Below, piece by piece: positions 35,649 to 48,538 of a stretch of DNA of 64,000 bases. Origin of the DNA: Balanoglossus misakiensis. Lineage: Eukaryota; Animalia; Hemichordata. Numbering within the stretch: position 1 is the first letter of the stretch; the number at the start of each line of letters is the position of its first letter. The notes beneath the pieces were generated by a model. It was not told where the DNA came from, ran no database searches, and worked only from the letters and a program-made list of their open reading frames with translations. The translations under genes were made by a program, and so were the position numbers. Location of the stretch: NCBI GenBank assembly GCA_040954595.2, contig CM082593.2, positions 1,957,830-2,021,829 of the forward strand. Reading direction: 5' to 3'.

Positions 35649-37556
35649 GATAGCCCAGTGTTTGAAATAGACATATGCTTAATCTAGAATAACTGAAGTG
35701 GAGAAATTTCAACCGCATTCAGGTAGTCTGATCAATAGTTCTGATTGAATGAACAGCTATGTTGGATTTGATTCAAACTCAACTGATAAACCCCACTGCC
35801 TATTTGCTCTATAGGTTTGACCCTTGGCAACTCAAACAGGAAAAATGCTATTGTAATAAGACTGAAATTTGAAGAGTCAATGGGACTACGTATGCACTCC
35901 CCATAGCAACACAGTCAATTAAATCAGGATCCAACAGAAAAGAACTAATATGTATAATGCATCTCTTAAAATCAATATTGCGATCGGAAGGTACTCTGAA
36001 AGTTTCATATTACATGAATCAATTGAATTTCCATAGATAACACGTCCCATTTCAAAGCAACGGAAATGAAACTGACGATGATATGGTTTTCATCAGTTTG
36101 CAAACATTGAAATGGAGTTTATAGGAAGTGTGGTGAATATAAAAAGTTTTGGCTGTGCCACTTGTAATACTTAAGTGTAATTGCCAGGTGTACTTTGTAA
36201 ATGTAAACAAAATACCTACATATCTCTCTCTCTCAATGAATTAGTTTTATTTATAAATGCACAGAACACAATACAATGGACTTAGTGTAATATAACTTGT
36301 AAGACACAAACCACAAGTCAAATTGGAGTTATAGTTATACATATCCGTTGAGTTTTGCCAGGTTTGTCTATGTAGCTTTGCAGGGAGGGCTGTGGTTGGA
36401 GGCACTGTAGCCATTATCAACACACATCCCTGCCACGCAGAGCTACCTCGACCTGACAGTTCACGTCCGGGGGTTCAAGGCTCGGTCAGCGTGGAATTGG
36501 TTTCAATGTCATAATATTTGAAAGTACACATCCCCACTTTACCGCTACGCATTTATTTTATCTATTTGGATACCCCACAACCCTGTGTTCATTCAACAGA
36601 CCACAGAACTAGAGAGGTCTACTAGCCTCCTGGTCATGTACATTGCATGTTACATTGCATATGTACGACAGACCGGAGATGTGGGCGATTCCCTAAAAAT
36701 GTCAGCTGTAAAATACAATGTGCTAGATTATCATGCAAGACCAGATAATAGGTCTTACGATAAGAGCATTTCCCTTAGAACTCGGTAAACGAATTATTGA
36801 GCCAAGCCACGACTATGCTGTATGTATCAAGCGCATGCCCTATGCAACTGAGCTGACTGACCAAAATGCATTCAATTTCTACGACTTGGGACGAGGTTTC
36901 AAGGCTCTCTCCTCGTGCGAGATCTCACTATGAACTAACGTCTGCGTTTTTTCAACAACAACAAAACCGTCTTAACGTTTACCTCAAGAAAATTCCATGC
37001 GGCAGGGATTTCTTTCGTCTTCACCTCAAACACATGCTTCTCTGTAATACACACAGACGTTTTCTTGAAAATGGCTCCTATGAACAAAAGCCGAATATCG
37101 CCGAGATATACCGAATGTTAATGACATGCAAATTGGGTGACAGACGCGTTGATTGACTGAGATGCCAGACGTGATGATTGGAAATACGGAATGTACGTCT
37201 AGCACAAAATGTCCAGATGCTTGTTGACACTTGGAGAAAACAAAAGAATCAAAATACTAAAAAGACAATGATATGCGAAAGTGTGAATGATGAATTACAC
37301 CTGTTTTTTACTTGGAAGTGAGAGATTCGTGTGATCCGTGTGAGGGCAGCAGACATCGTTCGAACTGGTACATTTGTGTGGTCATAACATGTATAATGCG
37401 GGTCAAATTTCATTGAAAGTTGAAAAATAAAATACTTTGGTTATCAGTTTATTGTGCATGGCTGAACTTGACGAATGACGGTGCATATTTGGCGATGTTT
37501 TTGACTATTTACAGGGCCTACACTTCCCGCGAACATGGCGTGTGACCCAACTGGCG

Positions 37557-37591
37557 GTCACCAAGGCGACGGCTATTGTTGCATACACAAC
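37557..37591 (+). promoter_or_regulatory. Two RFX X-box-like motifs in the CCAR1/CFAP96 divergent promoter
   Basis: GTCACCAAGGCGAC (37557-37570) and GTTGCATACACAAC (37578-37591), just upstream of the likely non-coding first exon of a ciliary gene (donor ~37757). Confidence 0.5.
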
Positions 37592-38252
37592 GCAGGCGCT
37601 GTTGTGATTACCAACAAACCTATGGCCGCTTGAGTGATCGTAGATTTCGCGTTGTCAAAATTATCCATCTGTAGCCTTGTCGAAGGAGATTTTGAAACCT
37701 GAACACCGGTGTCGGTTTGTTGACATGTCATAGACTGTTCCGAAGAACAGTTTCAGGTAGGAAATTGTCCGATTCATTGAAATTATTGTATGCGAAAATA
37801 ATTTATCGAATCCGGAAGCTGTAGTGTTCGTTTCATAACTTTATTAAGAAGTTAAACTTACGAAGTAATGTTCATTCGTACATCGCATTTGGTGGATTGT
37901 CTATGTTTCAGAATTGTTGACTCACAACTTATGGCCTGTTTTTGAAATTGGCCATACATTCCCCCCTATAAGTGTAATATGGGAAAATTTAATATACATG
38001 CTTGCAATGTTAGATTTCATCTCAGATTGACCTAGATTGAACTGCGAGGCACTTAAGAAATACCGACAAGTGTTTGTAAGCACGTAACTATAGTGTCAAA
38101 TATTTTCTCTTTCAGTCCTGTCTTTCATAATCGTGACATATTATTTGTCAATTTGTCATAATCGACGGGAGTTCAACTAAAAGACTTGACTCTATCGGCC
38201 AAAACGAAATCCAATCTTCGTGTTCTGTAGTGGTGAGACTAAAAATTCCAAG

Positions 38253-40023
38253 ATGTCTAAGGATCAAGGTGGAAAGACTGATATGGAAAGGGTGGGCCTG
38301 TTCAAGGAGATGGAATACACAACAATAAATGATAGATACGTACCTCGAACAGGCAGTAAGTTACTGTGTTTTTTTTGTCCTGTATTTTACTGTTCTTGTC
38401 TTTGTTACAATATAAGACCATGGATTTTGGTCTTCCTGCAATAAATTTATGGATCTGCATCTTTATTAGCAAGAAAATAATAATATTTGAACTGATCTGT
38501 GTTTGAATTTGTTTGCAACCCTACAGAAGCATTCAATGAAGTGGCACACAAAGGCAAACAGATGCTTCCAGGTGGAAGCAAAAGCAAGTCAGCTCTCCAA
38601 GCGGGATATTTCGATGGAAATTTCACCAGGGTGTTTACGGGAGAAGGTTACAGCGACCCAGTCAAAATGAGGAGGCAGCTCAGGCTTAAAGAATCACAGA
38701 AGAATATTGGAAAGTCCTTCTTACCTAGCAATGGAGACAAAAAACCGTAAGTGGTGACTACCGTGATTGCATCTGTCAACAGTGCTTATTATATTAGTCT
38801 AAGAATTATCATCAGTTGTTCATTTGACCATTTTAATTTTGTCAACATTTTTACCCTTTTTCTTCCTTTGCCTAATATAACGTGCAGATCAGGCTATGGA
38901 AACCATTATGGCACATTTTCCGGACCAGTCGGAGCATTCAGCCCTGTCAAGAAAGGGGGAAAGGCATACTCAGCACCTGGGAAAAATATATTAACCAATC
39001 CCGGAAAGAGAGGCACAGGATATGGGTATACTGGAATTACGATAGGAGGCGGTTTCAAACATTCACCAGATCCATATGACAGGCCCAAGGAACTTAGAAG
39101 GGTGAGATACTGTTATCACAGACATCATATCTTCTACTGTCTATGGTTGTATGTGCTGTGTGATATAACGTCATATTTAGCAGCAATTTCTCGACTGTGA
39201 AATAGTGACTTTATATTTTGACTGTTTCACCAACAGAAAGAACTAATGGGACACAAGACCCAATTGAAAGGCGGTTCATTTAAGCTGAACATGCATCCAA
39301 AGGAATATTTTGATGGTAACCCGTACCGCACAGATAAACCACTTCCTCCACTCAAGAAAACTGGGTCTGATAAGAGAGATGTCAAGCCATTTAAACCTAG
39401 TTCACCTGCCAAGCATGTAAGTACTTTCACTCAGTTAGCATGCAGTGCTGAGACAGCAAAGTATTGAGTCTGTCACCCATATGTCTACCGACCTTAAAGG
39501 TAGAATCTCAAAATGTCTTATAATACACATCATCATATACCTGTACCATGTACTCTATCACCAGGATTACTAACACTAAGAGCAACATTGTTCATGCCAT
39601 GAAAAAAACCCTCATATGTTGATTCTTTGTCCTTGCCTTCAGATTGCGGGCATGAAAGCCGGAACATTCGATCCATATCCCTCGCATTCCAACGATCCGT
39701 ACAAACCAAAAGGAAAGAAGCCAGAGCCACCTGTCAACAAAACCGGCAAGATTTTCATGCCATCACCAGGTCCAAAGAGTGCACCAATGAACTCTGTCGT
39801 CAATCAAAATGTAACAAGGTATGTCATTGGTCACCTTTTGAATGTCTGCAGGAGTCCTGTGTTGTGATTGGGCAATTTTTTTAACTTAAGTAGCTTTTCT
39901 GCTTACTCAAATTTCACCATGTTAAAAATCTCTGAAATACAATGTTTTAAAATTGTTTTCATTCCCAACAGGTCCATCAACGGCTCGAACTTCAAGTTGG
40001 TCAATTCAGTCATGGCGTATTAA
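38253..40023 (+). CDS. CFAP96: Cilia- and flagella-associated protein 96 (C4orf47/UPF0602)
   Basis: N-terminus GGKTDMERVGLFKEMEY; motifs EGYSDP, TNPGKRGTGYGY, PFKPSSPAK, GMKAGTFDPYPSHS, PSPGPKS. Exons ~38253-38355, 38527-38746, 38888-39101, 39236-39416, 39643-39818, 39972-40023. Confidence 0.9.
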
Positions 40024-41932
40024 GTGACCTTTCAACTTTGGCACTGTATCTTCTGTTGGAGACTACACAGTTTGTATTCCAAGAAAAACTCATGTTTCTC
40101 AAAAAATAATATATTTTGTAAGAAAATGATAATTATGCAAAGGCTGAGATGGAACACACCGGTTGTATTATTGGAAAGTGTAAATAAAACTACCTGGTGA
40201 TCAAATCCCTCGAGGATTTTTGAGAGAATGTGGGCATCGTTGAATCAGCCGTGTACACTGATAACATGAGCTTTTGGTTGAATGGCTGCTTTGTTGTTTT
40301 ATTAGAAACTTTTTGTGGTTATAGCTGGGGAGGTTTTCTGACTATATACAGGAAATATCTAGTCAGGCTTACTTCATAAAACTGGAGAGAAATACCGAAA
40401 TATGTCTTCTATCTTTCAAGTCGTAACCTGTAAAAGAGAATTTCTCAGAGGCAATTGGTACCAATATGGTGCATTTGTATATATCTATGTATGATAAATA
40501 ATGCCAAATTTTAAATGATTTCCATCAGTTTTTTTGTGAGATTTCACATGGTTGTGTTACAACTGTTTATGCATTTTTGATAATTCTGAATTACTAATTA
40601 TCCCATTTTTAGTTACGACAACTAATACCCCAAGATTGTGTGTGACCGTTACCTAAATATCATTTACAAGATCAGCATTTATGACATCATATGACTGACA
40701 ACCTAGTTCTGATAGATAGTTACCTATAATCCTTGAATCGTGTAGACACGAGATAGAAGTCAAAAAATGCATATCTACAATATTGAATGTCAGTTATCAG
40801 CAACAATGTTTTCCAGAACAGGCTCATGGGAAATGATAAGTTTTAGAAAAGAGATACCTTGTGATCTAATTCACCCTAGAAATACTATTATTTTCTTCAA
40901 ATTGGCAAAAATTGCTTTCACTACGGTTGTTGTTGACTTCTGACGAGAGTCCATGTGTGACCAGGTATTTTGTAAATAAATATTGTTTACTTGTACATTT
41001 TCAGTGTTGTGTCCATCCAGTTCTTTAGTCACACAACATAGCTACACACTCAGCTTCATAAGATAAGCACACACGTGCCACGACCATATTCAGAGTACCA
41101 GCGCATGGACCACTAGAGAGGTCACTAGACATATGAAAAATGTTGACTCAAAGACAATACAAGACTATTACAAAACATATAAGAAATGGATATTTTTTAA
41201 CACTAAAAAAAAATTATTGAAAGACAGAAAACAATAAAACAAAAATTTTTAACAACCAAAATTTTATTAAATTCTACAGTTACTAAGATAGGTAAAGTCC
41301 TCTTGAAATATTCCTTACCTAAAATGCAGAAATTATTCATAAAATTCTAGTATTTACATCATCCATCTGATCTCTGGTATTGGGAATGATCTGTGAACCA
41401 TAGTGTTCATCCACTCCATACCCCGAAATAAAATCTGATAAGATAACACACAAAGTATAAGAACTGGACAAATGTTTTGTTTTGTTTTCACAAAAGAGCA
41501 CACATTGTGTTTTCATAAATAGAAATCGTATTGTAGGAGGGTGGGTGGTGGGGGTAATTTCTGCCCAATTTCAAAAACTGAAACAAAGCAATGCAATAGC
41601 TGGCCATTTTTATAAATCCATTCAACTCCACAATACAGGGTTGGGGTGTACAATATGACTTATCAAAATAAGAACTACAATTCAATTACCTCACGGAAAA
41701 TCCTACCTGTAAATTGTATCAGATCAAAATAATTTATTAATAGTAAAAACTTCTATGGATGTATATCTGTACAAGTTTGCACATCAAATTTCCCATCATG
41801 CTCCACCAGTGAAAAGAACACCAGATTACTGTGATTACGACCTTTGACCCATACTGACCCGTGTGAATCCATCATAAGAAAAAAAAAAGCGGGACATTCC
41901 ATAGTGGTGGCTCAAATGAGAGATTATTCTCA

Positions 41933-44900
41933 TTATCTGTCCGCCTCTGACTCGGCAAGGAGTTCCCTGGATCCAGTCTTTGGAGGGACCGGATCTAAAT
42001 CATCATCATCAAAAGTCAAATCCCTATCCACAGTCTCAATCTGGACCTCTGTGACAAACTCGTTAGGGTTCCCAGAGTGCACTGCAGTCTTCCCAGCGGT
42101 TGCTGGGTTCGTTAAGGGATTGCCGTTGCTGTTAGCAACGGTGTCACCTGATGCTGGTTCTCCTGCAAGGTCCTGGTCCCATTCCCATTCAATGTCGGAA
42201 TCAACACCGGCGTTTATCATTCCTTGATTCCTGCTGGCAACCACAAGTTCAGCTTCCGTAAGTTCCTGGTCATCAAATTCCAGCGGGTTGCCATCCATAC
42301 CTGGATAACAGGACAGACAACCAGTGTTAAATTTCAGAACTGCAACATGATTTCAACTTTGTTAAAAATAACACAACGTGTAACTGCAGCTTATTGGGAA
42401 TGACATATATACAGAGGATGGAATGGAGCTTTCCCAGTATCTTAGTCCACCAGATGTTCATACCATGGCATGATCGACATGTCGTGTTCATGGCAACATG
42501 TGATTGACATGTCGTGTTCATGGCAACATGTGACTGACATGTGTTCATGGCAACATGTGATTGACATGTCATGTTCATGGCAACATGTGATGGACATGTC
42601 GTGTTCATGGCAACATGTGATTGACATGTCATGTTCATGGCAACATATGATTGACATATCATGTTCATGGCAACGTGATTGACATGTCATGTCCATGGCA
42701 ACGTGTGATTGACATGTCGTTTTCATGGCAACGTGTGATTGACACACGGCTCATTTTACCTTGCTCATGGTCCCATTCCAAGTCAATAGTAGAGAGGGGA
42801 CTTGTTCGTCCACTAATATCGCTATAGGCACTGGTCGTCCCCACGCTAACAGATTTATAGTAATTATCGGTGTAGTTATTGTTACTACCGTTGGTATGTG
42901 AGGGGACTGTGCATGCAAAAAGGAATAGTTGTTAAAGAAATAAAGACAGGTTTTCCAGCAAGCATTATCATAAGAACAAAAATATCACATACAGGTAAGT
43001 GCTATTGTTAGTGGAAATTAAACACAGCAAGACACTAACAACTACAGGTCAAATAATTGCTGTTAATAAGGTTTTTATTACTTCATGCCATCAGCAAGAA
43101 AAGCCTTAACACTGAAACAAACACTATTCTACTTGTCACCATACTTACTGTTTGCTTGTGTATTCAGCGACCTTGCCTTGACTGATTCTAGAAACATCTC
43201 AAAATCATCCTCGCCCCCAGCACTGAAAAAAAGACATTTCAAGAATATCAATCACTGTGTGCTTGCTTTGTGTGTGCTATTTTCTAAGCACACGCATGAT
43301 TCGTCCAAATTTCCCTCTGTTGTGATAATATCCTATAAATTTATCTTTTCTGATTCAAATTTACTCACACATCCCATTCACTCTCGTTTCCACCAAGCCA
43401 TCCACTCGGATGTCCGTTTGCTTTTTTCTTTTTCTTCTCTTCTTCAAGTTTCTTCTGCCTGGCAACTCTGGCAGATTCTTTCTTGGCAGCGATGTATGCC
43501 TCTTCCTCAACCTTCAGATCATCCTCTCGTTGAGCCAGCTGCAAAAAACATGACAGTGGAACTTGTTTAACCTCTGCTGTTATGTCCCAAACAATCTGGC
43601 ACTTTTCATATCTTCTCAGGAATGTAAACAGAAGTCATGGTGTTGGACATAAACCTCATCAAGTTATGGCAACCCAGTTCCTTTGTGTTGGTCAAAGGTT
43701 ACAGTATACAGCTGAAGTTTTTACAATTGTTCTTTTTTACAATAGTTCAATTCAGATAGTATATTCACTGATTAAACAAATTGACATGATATTATCTTGA
43801 CAATTTCCTTCCTGACAGCTGAATTATCACTGCTATGATCACATCACAACGATATGTGAACAGATTTCTTGCACAGGGAGTGATGTCAGAATGGTAAGGC
43901 AGAGTAAACACTCCTCAACAATATCAGGTCACGTTTTTCGGCCAACATAACACAGTTACCAGCCTGTTTAATGAGTTCAATCTAGAACAGGCTGTCCTCG
44001 CATAACATCAACACTGTGCTATCTTGTCAATGTGTCCTATTTACACAGTGGCCTAGTGCTAACCCGTTATCATCCATGCCTGCATCTCTGTTGGTCCAAG
44101 GTCAGGTTAATTGAAAAGGAATATCACATGGTATGATTGGTTCATATTACTAGTAATTGATCAAATGTCAGCCACTTGAATTGTAAAATTAATCAGCAAT
44201 ATAGCTCATATCATTTGCGCAACTATTATTTAAAGCAGCATTTTACAAAACCTTATACTGGAATACCAGCACATGTATGTTCATTTGGGTGTATATATAA
44301 TGTTGGAGTACACAACAATTATTTTTAAGGTGAGTGAGAAAAATGAAAGACTGTGAGCCGACTTAAATGACAATGCAAGGATTGGCTGTGAAAATGAAAA
44401 TTGACATGTTGCTTACCTCAGAATCTATTTCATCATCTAGTTTTCTCTGATCTTCAACTATTTTCTCATAGTTTTTACTTATTAAGTATTGTCTCTCTGA
44501 ATCGGTGATAAATGGTGGATTTGCGTCTCCACTTTCCTGCAATAATCGACCGAAAATGGACAATTTTAGTATTTTTGCAGTCTCCATTTAGAGCCAATAA
44601 TTTTTTTTTATTTTGTCGAGGTGTGATCAGTGTCAAAATTATCTTACAAAAATATGAGTAGAATCATATTTTTACTGCACTCCTATAAATATTCAAATAA
44701 AGATGTCTTCTTCAGAACTTAAATATCAATTTGCACTTTACTTTTTAGTCTCACTGATATTGAAATTACTTCCAAACAGGAAACATAACTTGTGTTGTTT
44801 CAACTACTATTTTTTCACTTGAAATTTGACATGGTGTACATGAGATGATTGTGAAAATTTATCACTTATATTCCAAATTACAGTTGCATTTTTTCTAACA

Positions 44901-45717
44901 TATAGGGAAAATATGCAATGTTGAAAATGACATGGTATTTTTTTTATAATGAATGACTCTGATATGTCCTGCAATGAAAAAATGATCATCATGTAAATTA
45001 TTCTCATATGAACCAGGTGTTACTAAAACAACATTCACGTCACACACCAGCTAACTCTTTAATCACGATGCTCACATAAAACTGTTGTGTGAATCTAGAT
45101 CCTACAAAATAAAATAAATTCAGTAAAAAAAATGGATACTTACACCCTCATCAACTAAGTTCTCAAATTCTATTTGCAAGGCTTCATTCTCATGCTCTTC
45201 CCTGAAGTATGTATTTGATGTGGTGCCCCTGAAATGAGACAGCAGAGTTGCAGTTCAGTGCAGTTAAACATAACATACAACGGTAAAGGTTGTGTAATAT
45301 TTCTGTGAACCCACAGCATAACTGAATTTTATGCTCAGTGTGCTACTGTTATTCACAAGTGATTAAACTATTTGGACAGTGTGGTACCACTGTAAGTATA
45401 ACGGTCACCAAATAATGTTAATCACGAAAGTAAACAACACGTTGAACACCAAAGTTCATATCAAACTTCATGCGGCCCCGTTCCTCGATAACTTTCAGCG
45501 TGTTTTAGGCAAGTTGACATTCCGTTGGACCTTTAATCTGCACATAAGCTGTCGTAGATCAAGGAAACAGAGATGGGAAATGTACAACAGGGGATCCCCG
45601 GCTGATCAGCTGAGAGATATAGATCGATTCATCATGACGATTTCGGAATCTCGCTTCAAGAAAACATACGTACCCCTCTTTCCATGAGCTGAAACAAGAG
45701 CCACAAAGATTCCCCAT
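41933..45717 (-). CDS. AP1AR: AP-1 complex-associated regulatory protein (gadkin)
   Basis: MGNLCGSC lipidation-type N-terminus (ATG 45717); IEFENLV motif; coiled coil YEKIVEDQRKLD..LKVEEEAYIAAKKESARVARQ; EDDFE; DLEWD and DIEWE acidic-Trp motifs. Confidence 0.85.
42476..42744. repeat. ~30-bp minisatellite, ~9 copies, in the last AP1AR intron
   Basis: Unit GACATGTCRTGTTCATGGCAACATGTGATT with minor indels; it explains the repetitive spurious ORFs at 42327-42747. Confidence 0.95.
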
Positions 45718-46310
45718 TGTCGTAAGTAACGATTATATTATTAAAATCTGCTAAAATGCGGCGTTTTCGGCAATATCATCATTTTCCCTTCCCTATGTGA
45801 CATGTCATAAGTGCGCATTACATCTTTGCGCAAGAGGGCGTCATCGTTGGGATCAAAGGTCAACGTCGGCAAACAAAATTGTGTTTTATGTTTCGGTGCA
45901 GACTGTTCCCGAAAAAGGGGAGCTATTATACGCCCAATAAACAATAACATTCGTATGTCGAATGTTAACGCTAGTTTCCTTAGCATAATGTCAGTATTCG
46001 GTTAAAATATTTAGCTTGTTATTCTCCTCGGACCAAATATAACTGTTGTTATGGAGCGGAAACATAATGTTACTTGAATATGGCTTGCCTGGCTGAGATA
46101 CAGATGAATGCTGGGAAATAAACAAAATGGCTGCTCCCATGATCGAAGTGGATTCTGTTTAGGCTGCAGAGTCCCCCAAGTTTATATCCGAAATTAAGAG
46201 ATGTTTAATAGGCGATGTCATAAATTCACATTCAGTTTGATGATAACGTTAAATCTGATCACACAGGTTAATTGTCAGCTGTGACTAAGTTGCGTAAATG
46301 AACAATTTCG

Positions 46311-48306
46311 ATGTCTAGCGCCTTGCCTTCGGAATCAAAACAAGACATGAGTCGGGTGTTAATCGTTGGTGCGGGTTTGACGGGCGCAGTAACTGCTGCT
46401 CTTTTGCGCCGGGAACTTCAAAGCAAAGTACAGATCGTTATCTTGGATAAAGGTCGAGGTGCAGGTACGTCATTCATGGTTAAGTTCATTGATCTAGCCA
46501 GATTGGGGAAGGGGGCGTGTCAGGGCGTTGTCTGTTACCATGGAGCTACCCGGCTGCTCCTAAATCACTAATTGGGTTCTTTCAATACTCTTAACAAATA
46601 CATGGAATAAATAGATGAAAGTGAGAATGATCAGTCTGGTCACAACTCCACTCTATAATTTCACGTTCATCATCTGTAATACTTTATAGGAGGTCGAATG
46701 AGTACAAGCCGTTACCAGGGAGACGCAAAGTGTACAGTTGATCTTGGTGCTCAGTACATCACACAGACATCAACTTACAAAGTCAAACATGCCAGGTATG
46801 TGTAATTGTAAATTTAAGCCTTTTATTGAAATTTTAAGGATCTGATAAAAATAGAAACTACTACATGTAAAACATGATACATTGTATAGGTATACTTTCT
46901 ACCCTGAGATTGGAGGTTTGTACCTGAAATCAAACATCCATTTCTTCTTTCCATTGCAGCTTCTATGAAGAGCTAATATCAAACAACGTCATCACACCTC
47001 TGAAAGGAACCATTGAAAATGAACGTCCCTTTAAGGAGAAATCTGTCAATTTTGTGACACCGCAAGGAATAAGTTCTGTTGTCAAATATTTCTTAAATCA
47101 AGCAGGTAAGGAAGAGAACGAGCACTTTTTCCTGTTTGACATACAAGAGAGTAATTCGGTTGACAGAGGGCATTATGGTCCCTGGCACGGCTCAATATCG
47201 GAGGATGGTGACATCAAGTTTCTCTATGCTTTCAGATGCAGATGTCAGGTTTAATCAGAGAGTGAGCAGAATAAATGTGAAAGAAGAGAATGGTCGAAGT
47301 TATCTTACAGCAGAGACAGAGGGCAGTGGTAGTGAAGGGGACAGTGCTGAGAAGCTGTTGTATGATGCTGTGGTTGTCACTGCGCCTGTGCCACAGGCAA
47401 TGCAATTGGATGGAGTTGTCAAAGAAAACCTTAGTAAGTAACAAGTGCTGTGATTGGGTAGAGTTGTCAAAGAAAAGATCACTAGAGGAATTGGTTAGAA
47501 ACTTCTCAAAGAAAATTTCAGTAGAACTGCCAGTAATGACGAATTTTGTATCCATGTCCTTCAGATGCAGACAGTGAGATGCGGTCATTACTGGAAGGTG
47601 TGAATTACTCGTCCCGATATGCACTGGGTCTGTATTTCAAACCCGGTACTCAACTGAATGTTCCCTGGGTTGGTAAATATGAATACACAAATACATGCAT
47701 ACGATGGATATCTGTAGATGCCAGCAAACGAGGAGTAGGTAAGTCAAAGATGTCCAGATTGCTTCGATTGAAATTGTGTAGTAAAGTTTTACATATTTTG
47801 AATGGTTACCATTATTATCGCTTTTTACAGACTCTGAGACAGTGGGACCATCATTAGCTGTGCATACAAGCGTGCCGTTTGGATTAGAGTATCTGGAAAC
47901 AGATAAAGACAAAGTCCAAGTGTTGGTGATGGAACAATTAAAAGAGGTTTTTCCAGATATTCCAGAACCTGTAAACATCAAATGCCAACGATGGAGATAT
48001 TCTCAGGTATGCATATTTCATTTCATGAAAGATTACTGAAAGCGACAGAGTTGTTAGTAGTAGCATGCATACTTCTTGAATTTATTTTGACATTATTAAT
48101 CACAAATTCATTTTCCTCCCAATTTTTAGGTATTCAAAGGGGTTAAAGATGAACCTGGAGCCATGGTCGTCAAGGAGACGCCATCATACATGGTCATATT
48201 AGGCGGTGATGCTTTTACACACTCCAACTTTGATGGATGTATTACATCAGCAACGACTTTGACAGAAAAACTTGTAAATTTCCTCCGATCAACAAGCAAA
48301 TTGTAA
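46311..48306 (+). CDS. RNLS: Renalase (FAD-dependent NAD(P)H isomer oxidase)
   Basis: VLIVGAGLTG Rossmann motif; DKGRGAGGRMSTSR; DLGAQYIT; YSSRYALGLYF; WRYSQV; GDAFTHSNFDGCI. 7 exons; ends ..RSTSKL*. A second in-frame ATG lies at 46347. Confidence 0.92.
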
Positions 48307-48538
48307 ATGAATAGATTATTGTAATGCAAGATAAAATATTGATTGCATAATTTTAACATATTAAGCAGGTGATTTTCATGTGAATTTTCAATATACATCT
48401 ATAGATACAGAGTACACCGTTTTGCATGACTAACTTTGTGAATAAATATGCTTGAAAATACCCGACTCTTCATTCATTACGCAACCCAATGTTACACATT
48501 ACAAATCTAATTGAATTGACAATGTTCCATTGGCTCTT

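Noticed and set aside
42327-42747. Cys/His-rich repetitive ORFs (metallothionein-like)
   Set aside because: Translations of the 30-bp intronic minisatellite in several frames on both strands.
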